This document shows positions 19,301 through 27,417 of a stretch of DNA of 64,000 nucleotides, one piece after another; position 1 is the first letter of the stretch, and each line of letters starts with the position of its first letter. The notes under the pieces are model-generated. The model did not search any database. It was not told the DNA's origin and saw only the letters and a program-made list of their open reading frames with translations. The stretch comes from Bryobacteraceae bacterium (GTDB taxonomy: Bacteria; Acidobacteriota; Terriglobia; Bryobacterales; Bryobacteraceae), in assembly GCA_965277435.1 (NCBI GenBank), contig OZ255821.1, forward strand, positions 1,784,930 to 1,848,929, read 5' to 3'. Position numbers and translations under genes: made by a program.

Positions 19301-19659
19301 GCAAGCGTCTGAAGGCGACCATAGATAATCGCAAGCTTGCGGCGAGCCGCCGTTCAGGAAGCCGGATACGAGCTTTGGAGGCTAGCGTGGAACATCGCAA
19401 TTACTATGCTTTGACTCATTACAAGCCAAAGCGGTACCACGGAGAGATTCACCTGTTCAGTTGCCCCGATAGTTCGCCGCTGCGAGGCAACGACCCAACG
19501 CTCGGGTGGGGACATCTTGCCGGCAAGGTCAATATTTCGGAAATAGCAGGTGAGCACGAGAAATTGACCGCCCCACCGTTCGCCGGCATGCTGGGACGCG
19601 CGATTGATAAGTCACTCGACAGCATTGCGGCTCCTCAGTTAGTCGAGGAGGCAGCTTAA
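16312..19659 (+). CDS. single-module NRPS-like enzyme: partial condensation lobe, adenylation, peptidyl carrier, thioesterase
   Basis: A-domain cores LAYVIYTSGSTGTPKGV, YGPTE, YRTGDL, GYRIELGEVE and SGKVDR. PCP motif FAIGGESLSAARL. TE motif GYSFGGVLAFE. The N-terminal ~250 aa resemble only the C-terminal lobe of a C domain, and no HHxxxDG motif was seen. Confidence 0.85.
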   Translation: MQIQDNKTNERDGKPLSFAPRLGSLQRSPDAEWVLPEPEWRSCTRSLSRRTAAAIEARCRETGVSLECLLAAAWSQILACYPTAEAAPQMWVYQRNEFAKPWCAVKVPAECDATVSGFLQAVSTSLRNEARRETPEWPERNAEKIARDRLDCAFHVVLSGEASAEIISEAIRAQTAVLLSLSMNHKASLSLSYHAQYFSAEFAGILIDCLLHLLSQMVTPGCSLVSELTFLPASTSVIARERRPSAFVQDVFESRVACDPAKVAASFRNQEISYRELNERANQLARYLRTLGCGPDVIVAIHLARSIDLLIAMLGVVKAGGAFLPLDASLPPGRIDAVMEDSGAPLVITSSKLTHRFAESTAHRVTIDSLDAIWRNEATGSLDSVTSDHDLAYVIYTSGSTGTPKGVMIEHRNLAVFLDALDPVFGPEPGVMLAIASSSFDISIMELLWSLSRGFHIVLHEGDEGLPIVSGPGSVPEQIRRHGVTHMMGTPTLMRMLASDPDGAAAFGQLRVCLVGGEAFPESLAALLLDCMPGKIVNAYGPTETTVCATCYEVTSTGEAIPIGRPLKDVTVYVVDKWGRQLPPLASGELWIGGPMVGRGYLHRPELTAERFLDDPFDKEGRIYRTGDLVRFDLYGRLEFIDRLDSQVKVRGYRIELGEVEAALQRHPAVQQAVVVVRSEGNGAKSLVGYCTPSNVRALDSHKLRGFLQESLPGYMVPSALHCLREFPVTSSGKVDRVRLAQLDLSSQEKGQMENAAGVTPIDPALQKIEAVLCAWCRELLRLPQVQASDDYFAIGGESLSAARLMRKIAETYGANIRLSELVQRRTMRALAQLVAVANQDLAWSPVVPFQTDGEKPTLFLIAGLGGNILNFQFVAEALENRPVYGVEAQASGKDSEVLASVEEMARTYLEEIRRIQPHGPYHFAGYSFGGVLAFEMAQQLRSAGQEIGFLGLLDTCEWHYTRSVLGNLSPLERFQIQYGNTLKQIVFGPKRRATLSKRLKATIDNRKLAASRRSGSRIRALEASVEHRNYYALTHYKPKRYHGEIHLFSCPDSSPLRGNDPTLGWGHLAGKVNISEIAGEHEKLTAPPFAGMLGRAIDKSLDSIAAPQLVEEAA

Positions 19660-20396
19660 GCGAAACGTTCAAGCAGTTCTGCTGTCCCGGCTAGTGGCCA
19701 AACGTGCAAGCGACGGCAACGATCGTGATAAGCGATCGCACCTTCGTAGCCGCCCACATGAGTAACGGCCTGCAAGGTCCACTCGTCGCAAGGCGGGCAT
19801 AGCTGTGCAGGTTCAGCCGGTCGCAGGGTAACTCGAAAGCTGTTCAGGGGAACGGAAAGACCGCCGCCAAGCGCCTTTATATAGGCTTCTTTACGAGTCC
19901 AACAAGCGAAGAACGCTTTTTCACGATCTTGTTCGGGAAGGGAAAAGAAGTCGCGGGCTTCATCTACGTGGAAAAACTGTTCGACTAGCCGCGGCATTTC
20001 TTCTAGTGGCCTGACGCGTTCGATATCGACACCCAGTTCGCAGCCGGTAGTAAATCCAAAGAGCGCGGCGCCTTGCGACTCCGAGATATTGAATTGCAAG
20101 TCGGACGCAGGCTCGACGAGGCAGGGCTTACCCGCGGTTCCAAAGGCAAATTCGATTGCCTGTGCGGATTGCGCCAGATACGACCCCAGAAATACGCGGA
20201 GGAGACCGCGCGACGCGATGAAACGATCTGTCAGCTGTTGCGACCGATAGCGGTCCGCTCGCGCCTCTTCAGCGGGCGAAAGCAGGCGGCGGCAGCGATC
20301 AAGGGTGCGGGCATCGGCATCCAGATCGACCGTCCAAAGGTGGATTACTTTGCCCTTCAGTGCTAGAGCGTCATTGAAAGGAAACGTCGGAGCCAA
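19656..20396 (-). CDS. Sfp-type 4'-phosphopantetheinyl transferase
   Basis: Motifs GKPCL, GVDIERV and FFACWTRKEAYIKALG. TTG start. Its stop overlaps the NRPS stop. Confidence 0.85.
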   Translation of the reverse strand: MAPTFPFNDALALKGKVIHLWTVDLDADARTLDRCRRLLSPAEEARADRYRSQQLTDRFIASRGLLRVFLGSYLAQSAQAIEFAFGTAGKPCLVEPASDLQFNISESQGAALFGFTTGCELGVDIERVRPLEEMPRLVEQFFHVDEARDFFSLPEQDREKAFFACWTRKEAYIKALGGGLSVPLNSFRVTLRPAEPAQLCPPCDEWTLQAVTHVGGYEGAIAYHDRCRRLHVWPLAGTAELLERFA

Positions 20397-20639
20397 CTAA
20401 ATCGTAGCCCTCGTCAGCCGCGGTTTGGACGGCAGAGGCAGTCAACTTTGCTTTGTCGGCCTCGTGCGGATCGTCGCAGTAACGGCGAATTACTTCCTCG
20501 CCCACCACGATCCGGACCAGCCATTCTTCTTCTGCTCATCCCAGGAGACGCTCGCGCGGTCAGCTTTCATGCCTCTACAATACTGCAAAGCCCGATGTCG
20601 GCTAGCTGTTCGGCGAAGGCAGCAACATAAACTGGAGGT

Positions 20640-21569
20640 ATGCCTGTCGCTGTGGAAATCGCATCCGAGCAGAGTCTGCTTGGACGCATCGGCAATACGC
20701 CGCTTCTCAAGATTGGGCTGGCTGGCCGTGGCGACGTGACGGTATGGGGCAAAGCGGAGTTCCTGAATCCGGGTGGTTCCGTGAAGGATCGCCCGGCGCT
20801 GAACATGATTCGTGACGGTGAAGCGCGCGGTCTTTTGACCCCGGGGAAAACTCTGCTTGACTCGACCAGCGGGAACACCGGCATTGCTTACGCCATGATC
20901 TGCGCGGCGAAGGGTTATGCGGTGAGGCTGTGCCTGCCTGCAAGTGCGTCGCCGGAGCGCAAACAAATTCTCAAGGCATACGGCGCTGAGCTCGTGTTGA
21001 CCGGCGCAGCCGAAGGTTCTGACGGAGCGTTCCGCACTTGTCAGGCGATCTATGCGGCCGATCCGGAAAAATACTTCTATCCAAATCAATATGGCAATCC
21101 CGCCAACTGGCAGGCGCACTATGAGACGACGGCGCCCGAAATCATCGAGCAGACTGCGGGCGGCGTCACACACTTCGTGGCGATCTTAGGAACGACTGGA
21201 ACTTTCACGGGTGTCACACGGAGACTCAAACGAGAGTTGCCCGGTGTCGAGTGTTACTCGGTGCAACCCGCCTCACCCCTGCATGGTTTAGAAGGCACGA
21301 AGCACATGCCAAGTTCGCTGCAACCGGCCATTTACGACCTGACCCTCGCGGACGATAATCTCTGGGTGGAAACGGAGGATGCGTACGAGATGGCGCGACG
21401 CCTGGCGAGAGAAGAAGGCTTGCTGGTGGGTGTTTCAGCGGCGGCCAATGTGGTGGCGGCCAGCCGCGTGGCGGAAACACTGGCTGCGGAAGGGAACGGC
21501 GGACTGGTGGTCACGATCCTTTGCGATGGCGGCCAGAAATATCTCAGCGAGCAGTTTCGGACCGGATGA
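20640..21569 (+). CDS. cysM: PLP-dependent cysteine synthase (CysM/CysK family; context suggests the thiocarboxylate-dependent CysM type)
   Basis: Motifs GNTPLL, PLP-lysine NPGGSVKDRPA and TSGNTGIAYA. It is followed by JAMM and Ubl-E1 genes, as in the mycobacterial CysO/CysM/Mec context. Confidence 0.8.
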   Translation: MPVAVEIASEQSLLGRIGNTPLLKIGLAGRGDVTVWGKAEFLNPGGSVKDRPALNMIRDGEARGLLTPGKTLLDSTSGNTGIAYAMICAAKGYAVRLCLPASASPERKQILKAYGAELVLTGAAEGSDGAFRTCQAIYAADPEKYFYPNQYGNPANWQAHYETTAPEIIEQTAGGVTHFVAILGTTGTFTGVTRRLKRELPGVECYSVQPASPLHGLEGTKHMPSSLQPAIYDLTLADDNLWVETEDAYEMARRLAREEGLLVGVSAAANVVAASRVAETLAAEGNGGLVVTILCDGGQKYLSEQFRTG

Positions 21570-21573
21570 CGGC

Positions 21574-21999
21574 ATGATCGAAATCGAACTGAAGCCCTGG
21601 CAAGCGATGTTGCTACATGCCGAACGAACCTACCCAAACGAGTGCTGCGGGGCGATGCTGGGGCACACGCAAGGCGGAACCAAAATGGTGACCGAGGCAA
21701 TCGCTCTCGAAAACGCGTACGCCGGCGAGCAGGGCGAACGATATGAATTGCGGCCGGAAGATTTGCGCAACGCTGACATCGCAGCCCGGGAGCGCGGCCT
21801 CGATTTGATCGGAATATTTCATTCGCATCCCGATTGCGATGCCTATTTTTCTCAAACAGATTTGCAGAACTCCTGTCCCTGGTATTCGTTCGTGGTGCTC
21901 TCCATTCAGCGAGGCAAGTTCGACCACGCTAACAGTTTCTTGCCGGATATGGACCAGACAGCAGCAGAACAAGAGGAACTCAAATGGCCAAGATCTTAA
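21574..21999 (+). CDS. mec: JAMM/MPN+ metallopeptidase (Mec-like)
   Basis: The start at ATG 21574 gives MIEIELKPW. JAMM signature: ECCG glutamate followed by HSHPDCDAYFSQTD (HxH...S..D). Confidence 0.8.
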   Translation: MIEIELKPWQAMLLHAERTYPNECCGAMLGHTQGGTKMVTEAIALENAYAGEQGERYELRPEDLRNADIAARERGLDLIGIFHSHPDCDAYFSQTDLQNSCPWYSFVVLSIQRGKFDHANSFLPDMDQTAAEQEELKWPRS

Positions 22000-23423
22000 T
22001 CCCCACAGCACTGCGGCAGTTTACTGAGCAACAGGATTCGGTGGATGTGACCGGCGCGACCGTAGCGGATGCCTTGAACGCGTTGACCGCACACTATCCG
22101 AACATAAAAAGAAACCTCTTCAACGATGCCGGCAAGCTGCGCAGTTTCGTGAATGTTTATGTGAATGACGAAGATATTCGCTATCTAGATAAGGAAGCAA
22201 CGGAACTCGAAGGCACGGAGACCATTTCGATTGTGCCGAGTATCGCGGGTGGAGCATCGGGCGTTGCTGAGCCACCGGCTTCCACCCTGACGAATGAAGA
22301 AATCGCCCGCTACAGTCGTCATCTGATTTTGCCCGAAGTGGGCGTGGAAGGGCAGCAGAAGCTGAAGCAGGCGAAAGTCGCCATGATCGGCGCTGGCGGC
22401 CTGGGTGCCCCGGTGGGCTTGTATCTGGCGGCAGCCGGCGTGGGTCGCGTGGGTATTGTCGACTTTGATGTCGTCGATGCTTCGAACCTGCAACGCCAGG
22501 TGATTCATGGAACACACGACATCGGCCGCAAGAAGCTCGATTCCGCCGCTGATCGCATGCTCGACATCAATCCGAATATTCAAATCGATAAGTTCGATAC
22601 TGGATTGACGAGCGCGAACGCTCTCGAGATCTTACAGGATTACGACGTCGTCATCGATGGCACTGATAACTTTCCAACGCGCTACCTGGTCAACGATGCC
22701 TGTGTGCTTCTAAAGAAGCCGAATGTGTATGGTTCGATCTTTCGCTTCGAAGGACAAGCCACTGTCTTTGCTTATGAAGATGGTCCATGCTACCGCTGCC
22801 TCTATCCTGAGCCGCCGCCTCCGGGCCTGGTGCCGAGTTGCGCCGAAGGTGGCGTGCTCGGTATTCTGCCGGGCATCATCGGAGTGATTCAAGCCACCGA
22901 AGCCGTGAAGATCATTCTCGGAGTCGGCGAAACACTCAAGAACCGGTTGTTGCTTTATGATGCTCTGGGGATGCGTTTTCGCGAACTGAAATTGCGCCGC
23001 GATCCCGAATGCCCCGTGTGTGGCGACCATCCCACCGTGACTACGTTAATCGATTACCAGGAGTTTTGCGGAATAAAGCCTATGGCCTCTCAACCAGCAC
23101 CAGCCGGCGACCAGATCGACGTGACAGAAGTGAAGAGCAAGCTGGATCGCGGCGATGCATTTACTTTGATCGATGTGCGCGAACCGCATGAATACCAGAT
23201 CGCCCGCATACCCGGCGCGAAGCTGATTCCACTCGGCGACTTACCAAAGCACCTAAGTGATCTCGACCCCAATGCCGAAATAGTGGCGCATTGTAAGAGT
23301 GGGGGGCGCAGCCAGAAAGCTGTTGACTTACTCAAAGCAAGTGGTTTTAAGAACGCCCGCAACATGACGGGCGGTATTACGGCCTGGAGCGACAAGGTTG
23401 ATCCAACCGTTCCGAAGTATTAA
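21984..23423 (+). CDS. moeZ: fusion protein: ThiS/MoaD/CysO-like ubiquitin-fold domain (ends ...SIAGG at residues 89-90), MoeB/ThiF-type E1 adenylyltransferase, and rhodanese (MoeZ-like)
   Basis: The N-terminal ~90 aa have a beta-grasp pattern ending in GG. This is followed by RYSRHLIL, the GAGGLG nucleotide loop, two CxxC pairs and the rhodanese active-site loop CKSGGRS. Confidence 0.8.
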   Translation: MAKILIPTALRQFTEQQDSVDVTGATVADALNALTAHYPNIKRNLFNDAGKLRSFVNVYVNDEDIRYLDKEATELEGTETISIVPSIAGGASGVAEPPASTLTNEEIARYSRHLILPEVGVEGQQKLKQAKVAMIGAGGLGAPVGLYLAAAGVGRVGIVDFDVVDASNLQRQVIHGTHDIGRKKLDSAADRMLDINPNIQIDKFDTGLTSANALEILQDYDVVIDGTDNFPTRYLVNDACVLLKKPNVYGSIFRFEGQATVFAYEDGPCYRCLYPEPPPPGLVPSCAEGGVLGILPGIIGVIQATEAVKIILGVGETLKNRLLLYDALGMRFRELKLRRDPECPVCGDHPTVTTLIDYQEFCGIKPMASQPAPAGDQIDVTEVKSKLDRGDAFTLIDVREPHEYQIARIPGAKLIPLGDLPKHLSDLDPNAEIVAHCKSGGRSQKAVDLLKASGFKNARNMTGGITAWSDKVDPTVPKY

Positions 23424-23475
23424 GTAACTAGGCCGCTTGGGCATCGCTCATGTAGAATCCATGTGATTCTGCTGG

Positions 23476-25821
23476 ATGCCCGATCCCTCGAAAACTCGCT
23501 TTCGGTCTGCGATCCTGCTGGCTGTTCTCTTTGCCGGATCCATAGGCTTTCAGTCAGCGCTTTCGTTAGACGACATCAAGCAGGTATGGTCGGATTCGCG
23601 GCATTTCGATTGGTCCATGCTGAGTTCCTGGGCCATTCTGCTCAACCTGCATATCGTAACGCCAGTCGCTTGTCTGCTGCTTGGATTCTACGTGGCTGGA
23701 GTACGCGCTTGGGACCCTAAAGCCTGGCTGCTCCTGGCAGTGCTGCTCACGTTCAGTGTCGTTTCGGACGGCAGCGATCGCATGGATCACGTAATGCGAT
23801 GGCACACTCCGATCAAGCATCTCGCGCTGGTCTACCGAAGCCTTGTCATCACAGCGTGGCCGATCTGCATGCTGCTTTTCGCGATCTATTTCCCGGAAAG
23901 AGCAAAGCTCGACAGGCAGTCTCCATGGCTGAAATGGACTTTACTCGTACCCGCCATTGCGATTTACACCCTGGTCGTTGCCGTGCGCCTTTGGGTGAAT
24001 GAAAGCAATTCCCTGCAAAAGACCCCGTACCCGATCGAGCACAGTGCAAGCCTTTTGCATCTCGGAATGATATCCGTGCTGCTGGCTGCATGTCTCGGAA
24101 TATTATCGGCAAAACTGGCCGGATCGAAAGATCATGATGATCGCCGGCGCCTGCGGGTATTATTTTCAGGGCTGGCCACGAGTTTCGTACCCGCAGTCGT
24201 GGTCGAGGGATTCATTCGCCGATTCTTGCCGCATCAAAGAATTTCGCCGTGGGTCGCTCTCCCCGTTTACTCCGTTCTGGTTCTCTTTCCTATCACGCTC
24301 GCTTACGTCACGGTGGTGCAGCGCGCCATGGACGTGCGTGTCATCCTGCGGCAGGGATTGCAGTATGCGCTGGCCCGCCGTGGACTCACAATCCTTCAAG
24401 TAGGCGTTTCCTGCCTGATCATTCTGCTTGTGGCGCTAATGTCCGGCCGCCTGAGTTTTCCCGAGCGGGTGGCTCTGACGACCGGCGGCATCGGCGTTAT
24501 GCTGCTGGTCGGCTTAACAGCGCGACGCCTGGGGAAGTGGGTTGATCGCCGCTTCTTTCGCGAAGCGCACAACACCGAGCAGTTGCTTGCCCGCCTGGCA
24601 GATACGGCAGGCTCGCTGGTAGAACTTCCACCGCTGCTTACCATGGTCACGACTCGTATTGCCGAGGCGCTTCATATCTCCGAAATAGCTGTCTTCTTGT
24701 GCGAACACAACGCCTATCGACTGGCCTTTGCGTTTGGCTATCCCGGCTCCCCGGTCGTTGAGTTCTCGGATCGCTCGCCCACGATCAACGAGCTGCAGCG
24801 CGCCAACAAGGCGGTTCCAGTGTACCTGGATGATCCGCAGTCCTGGACGGCGCACATCGACAATCAGGAACTCGCTGAATTGCATCAATTAAGAACGCAG
24901 TTATTGGTGCCGCTCTCCCGCCGGGACGAACTGCTCGGGTTCCTGAGCTTAGGCCGGCGTTATTCGGAAGCCCCTTACACCAGCACCGACGTTCAGTTAC
25001 TGCAATCGGTGGCACAGCAGACGGCGGTGGCCGTCGAGAATAGCCGCCTCACATCCACTATCGCCAGCGAAGCCGCAGAACGCGAGGGCCTGCAGCGCGA
25101 ACTTTCTATTGCGCGTGATGTGCAGCAGCGGCTGCTTCCACAGACCTTTCCCATAATTGCCGGTCTCGAGTGTTTTGGACTTTGCCGTCCCGCGCGCGAA
25201 GTAGGCGGCGACTACTATGATTTTCTCGAATTGCCCGATGAGGTGTTGGGCGTGGCCATTGGCGATGTAGCCGGCAAGGGCATCCCAGCATCGTTGCTGA
25301 TGGCCAGTTTGCAAGCTTCTCTGCGTGGCCAGACGATTGGTGGCTGCGACAACTTGCAAACGCTTACGAGAAACGTCAATCAGCTGGTATATGCCGCGTC
25401 GCCGGTGAACCGCTATGCGACTTTTTTCTATGCGCAGTACGACGCCGCACAGCAACAGCTCACCTACGTAAATGCAGGGCACAATGCTCCCCTGTTGTTG
25501 CGCTGCAATCAGGAGCCCGTACGGCTCGACGTGGGGGGGCCACCTGTGGGCCTGCTTCCCGTTTCCGAGTATCAGAGCGCCTCGGTACAGCTAAGAAGTG
25601 GAGATCTTATCATTCTCTTCACCGATGGCGTGTCGGAAGCCATGAATGTGGACGAGGAAGAATGGGGTGAAGAAAAATTACTTGCCACTCTGCAGCTCAA
25701 TGACAGGCGAGACCCGGAAGCACTTGTAGAAGCGGTATTTCAGGCTGCCGATACCTTCGCCGGCGCTGCTCCGCAGCATGACGATATGACAATTGTCATC
25801 CTGAGCGTCGGAGAGAAATGA
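23476..25821 (+). CDS. multi-TM sensor / GAF / PP2C (SpoIIE-family) protein serine phosphatase, paralog 2
   Basis: Motifs VGGDYYDF, IGDVAGKGIPASLLMA, YVNAGHNAP, LFTDGVSEA and QHDDMTIVI. It has the shared N-terminal motif YFPERAKLDRQSPWLKW. Confidence 0.85.
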   Translation: MPDPSKTRFRSAILLAVLFAGSIGFQSALSLDDIKQVWSDSRHFDWSMLSSWAILLNLHIVTPVACLLLGFYVAGVRAWDPKAWLLLAVLLTFSVVSDGSDRMDHVMRWHTPIKHLALVYRSLVITAWPICMLLFAIYFPERAKLDRQSPWLKWTLLVPAIAIYTLVVAVRLWVNESNSLQKTPYPIEHSASLLHLGMISVLLAACLGILSAKLAGSKDHDDRRRLRVLFSGLATSFVPAVVVEGFIRRFLPHQRISPWVALPVYSVLVLFPITLAYVTVVQRAMDVRVILRQGLQYALARRGLTILQVGVSCLIILLVALMSGRLSFPERVALTTGGIGVMLLVGLTARRLGKWVDRRFFREAHNTEQLLARLADTAGSLVELPPLLTMVTTRIAEALHISEIAVFLCEHNAYRLAFAFGYPGSPVVEFSDRSPTINELQRANKAVPVYLDDPQSWTAHIDNQELAELHQLRTQLLVPLSRRDELLGFLSLGRRYSEAPYTSTDVQLLQSVAQQTAVAVENSRLTSTIASEAAEREGLQRELSIARDVQQRLLPQTFPIIAGLECFGLCRPAREVGGDYYDFLELPDEVLGVAIGDVAGKGIPASLLMASLQASLRGQTIGGCDNLQTLTRNVNQLVYAASPVNRYATFFYAQYDAAQQQLTYVNAGHNAPLLLRCNQEPVRLDVGGPPVGLLPVSEYQSASVQLRSGDLIILFTDGVSEAMNVDEEEWGEEKLLATLQLNDRRDPEALVEAVFQAADTFAGAAPQHDDMTIVILSVGEK

Positions 25822-26144
25822 GAGATGCCGGAACCAGAAGTCTGCTGCTACAACCTACCCAGTTGGCAAGAGTGGACCGCTTCAGGTTTACGCCTGCTCT
25901 TCTGCAGGCTGCTTCGCTGGCTTCTGGTTATGAAGTCATGCCGATGGAGCTGCAACTACCACCAGTGCCGTACAGCCAGTTCGCTCACAACGGGCCGTTG
26001 TTTGAACATCTTGGCAGGCAGCCTTTTCGCCCATATATCTCCGCTTGGCGATGCAGAGCCGGCAGGTGAGCTTCGACTAGGCGGTGCCCTTCGTGCGGTT
26101 CACTTCACGAAGGTTCTTGATAAGTGACGCGCTTAAGTCAGTTA

Positions 26145-27323
26145 TCATTGCTGACTATCGCATAGTTCGGAGTAAATTTTCAGCAGGGACTCTTTGTAGG
26201 CCTCATGAGAGAAGTTCTTAATCAGTACTTCTTTAGCGTTCTTCGCGAGCGATTGCCCCAATTGCGGTGAAGCCAACAGGCGAGCCAGCGCAGAACTCAT
26301 CGCTTCTGCATTCCGTACAGGAACAAGTAATCCAGTTACCTCATTGGTGAGGATTTCCGGAACGCCCCCGGCCGCTGTTGCCAGTATTGGAACACCTGCC
26401 GACATTGCTTCCAGCACCACATGTGGAGATCCCTCGGTGTGAGACGGGAGAATCATAGCGTCTGCAAGCCCGTAGAATGGCAGAACGTTGGATTGGTGAG
26501 AAGTAAAAATAACCTGTGATTGCAGGCCCAAGTTCCGGGCCAGTTCCCGCAAATTGTTTTCTTCGGGTCCGGCCCCTACCAGCAACAGTGTCCAGCGTAG
26601 ATGACTGTGGGTAGCGCGCAAGTGTTGCAGCGCGTTTAGTAAATCGGCTTGTCCTTTTTCGAACGAAAAGCGCCCGATACTAAGCAGTATTTTCGTGCCA
26701 TCCGAGGGAATCTTAAACCGTCTTCGAACCTCGTTCGCTTGGTCGGCTGGCATGGAATCAATCACTTCCGCCGAATTGTGAAGTACACGAATTCGGGAGG
26801 GCTGAACCCCTATCGCCGTCAATTGGTCTCGGAAAGGGTTGCAAACGGCGACAACGCACTTAGCGCTCCGCAAAGACCAACGGTCCAGCTTGTTGTAGAG
26901 CCTCATCTTTAAATCAGGAGCTGTATAGCCATGGTGAAAACCAAGCCAATGATAGTTTCGGTGCAAGCCAGCCATCTTGATGAGTGCATGGGATTTGACG
27001 TTGTTTGTCTGGATTATATCGGGCTTTTCCTGTTTTACTAGGTCTTGCAGGGCTTGAAGCAATTGAGGATCGAACCGGAAGCGTTCGGGGATCACAAGTC
27101 CGCGAATACCACGGGATTGTACGGCTTCAACGAACTGGTTTGCAAGCTTCCCTTCGGGAACAGCACCACGATGAAATGTCGCGATAGCAACTTTTACCGG
27201 GATATCGCCTTTTGACTCTCGAAGGGAGTCGCAGAAATTTAACAGTGTCTTTGCCGCGCCGTTTATGACTGCGGCCTCCATGAAGGCGAGCACCTTTATA
27301 GAGACTTTTTGTTTCGTGATCAC
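26145..27323 (-). CDS. glycosyltransferase, GT4 (group 1) family
   Basis: The C-terminal EGSPHVVLEAMSAGVPILATAAGGVPEIL is the E-x7-E region typical of GT-B group 1 enzymes. Confidence 0.85.
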   Translation of the reverse strand: MITKQKVSIKVLAFMEAAVINGAAKTLLNFCDSLRESKGDIPVKVAIATFHRGAVPEGKLANQFVEAVQSRGIRGLVIPERFRFDPQLLQALQDLVKQEKPDIIQTNNVKSHALIKMAGLHRNYHWLGFHHGYTAPDLKMRLYNKLDRWSLRSAKCVVAVCNPFRDQLTAIGVQPSRIRVLHNSAEVIDSMPADQANEVRRRFKIPSDGTKILLSIGRFSFEKGQADLLNALQHLRATHSHLRWTLLLVGAGPEENNLRELARNLGLQSQVIFTSHQSNVLPFYGLADAMILPSHTEGSPHVVLEAMSAGVPILATAAGGVPEILTNEVTGLLVPVRNAEAMSSALARLLASPQLGQSLAKNAKEVLIKNFSHEAYKESLLKIYSELCDSQQ

Positions 27324-27417
27324 CGAAGTTCCAATCTTTTGCTATTTACTTTAGGACTCAAGAAGAGAATCCAGAATATGAGCAGCTATAGTAAGTCGTC
27401 CTGTTTGTCTCCCTCTA

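Noticed and set aside
20397-20639. A search for an MbtH-like gene, a small regulator or a riboswitch in the PPTase/cysM divergent region
   Set aside because: Hand translation of both strands gave only short ORFs (at most ~45 codons) with no MbtH signature. I could recognise no S-box/SAM or other riboswitch core. It is probably just a divergent promoter region.
20490-21173. A 227-aa minus-strand ORF overlapping cysM
   Set aside because: It is a shadow ORF antisense to a PLP-enzyme gene with clear motifs.
25825-26127. An ORF starting MPEPEV... directly after paralog 2, considered as a possible fourth PP2C gene
   Set aside because: Only the first ~17 nt (ATGCCGGAACCA...) match the start of paralog 3. 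The rest has no similarity, is Cys/Arg/Leu-rich and has no TM pattern. I treat it as a relic of the duplicated junction.
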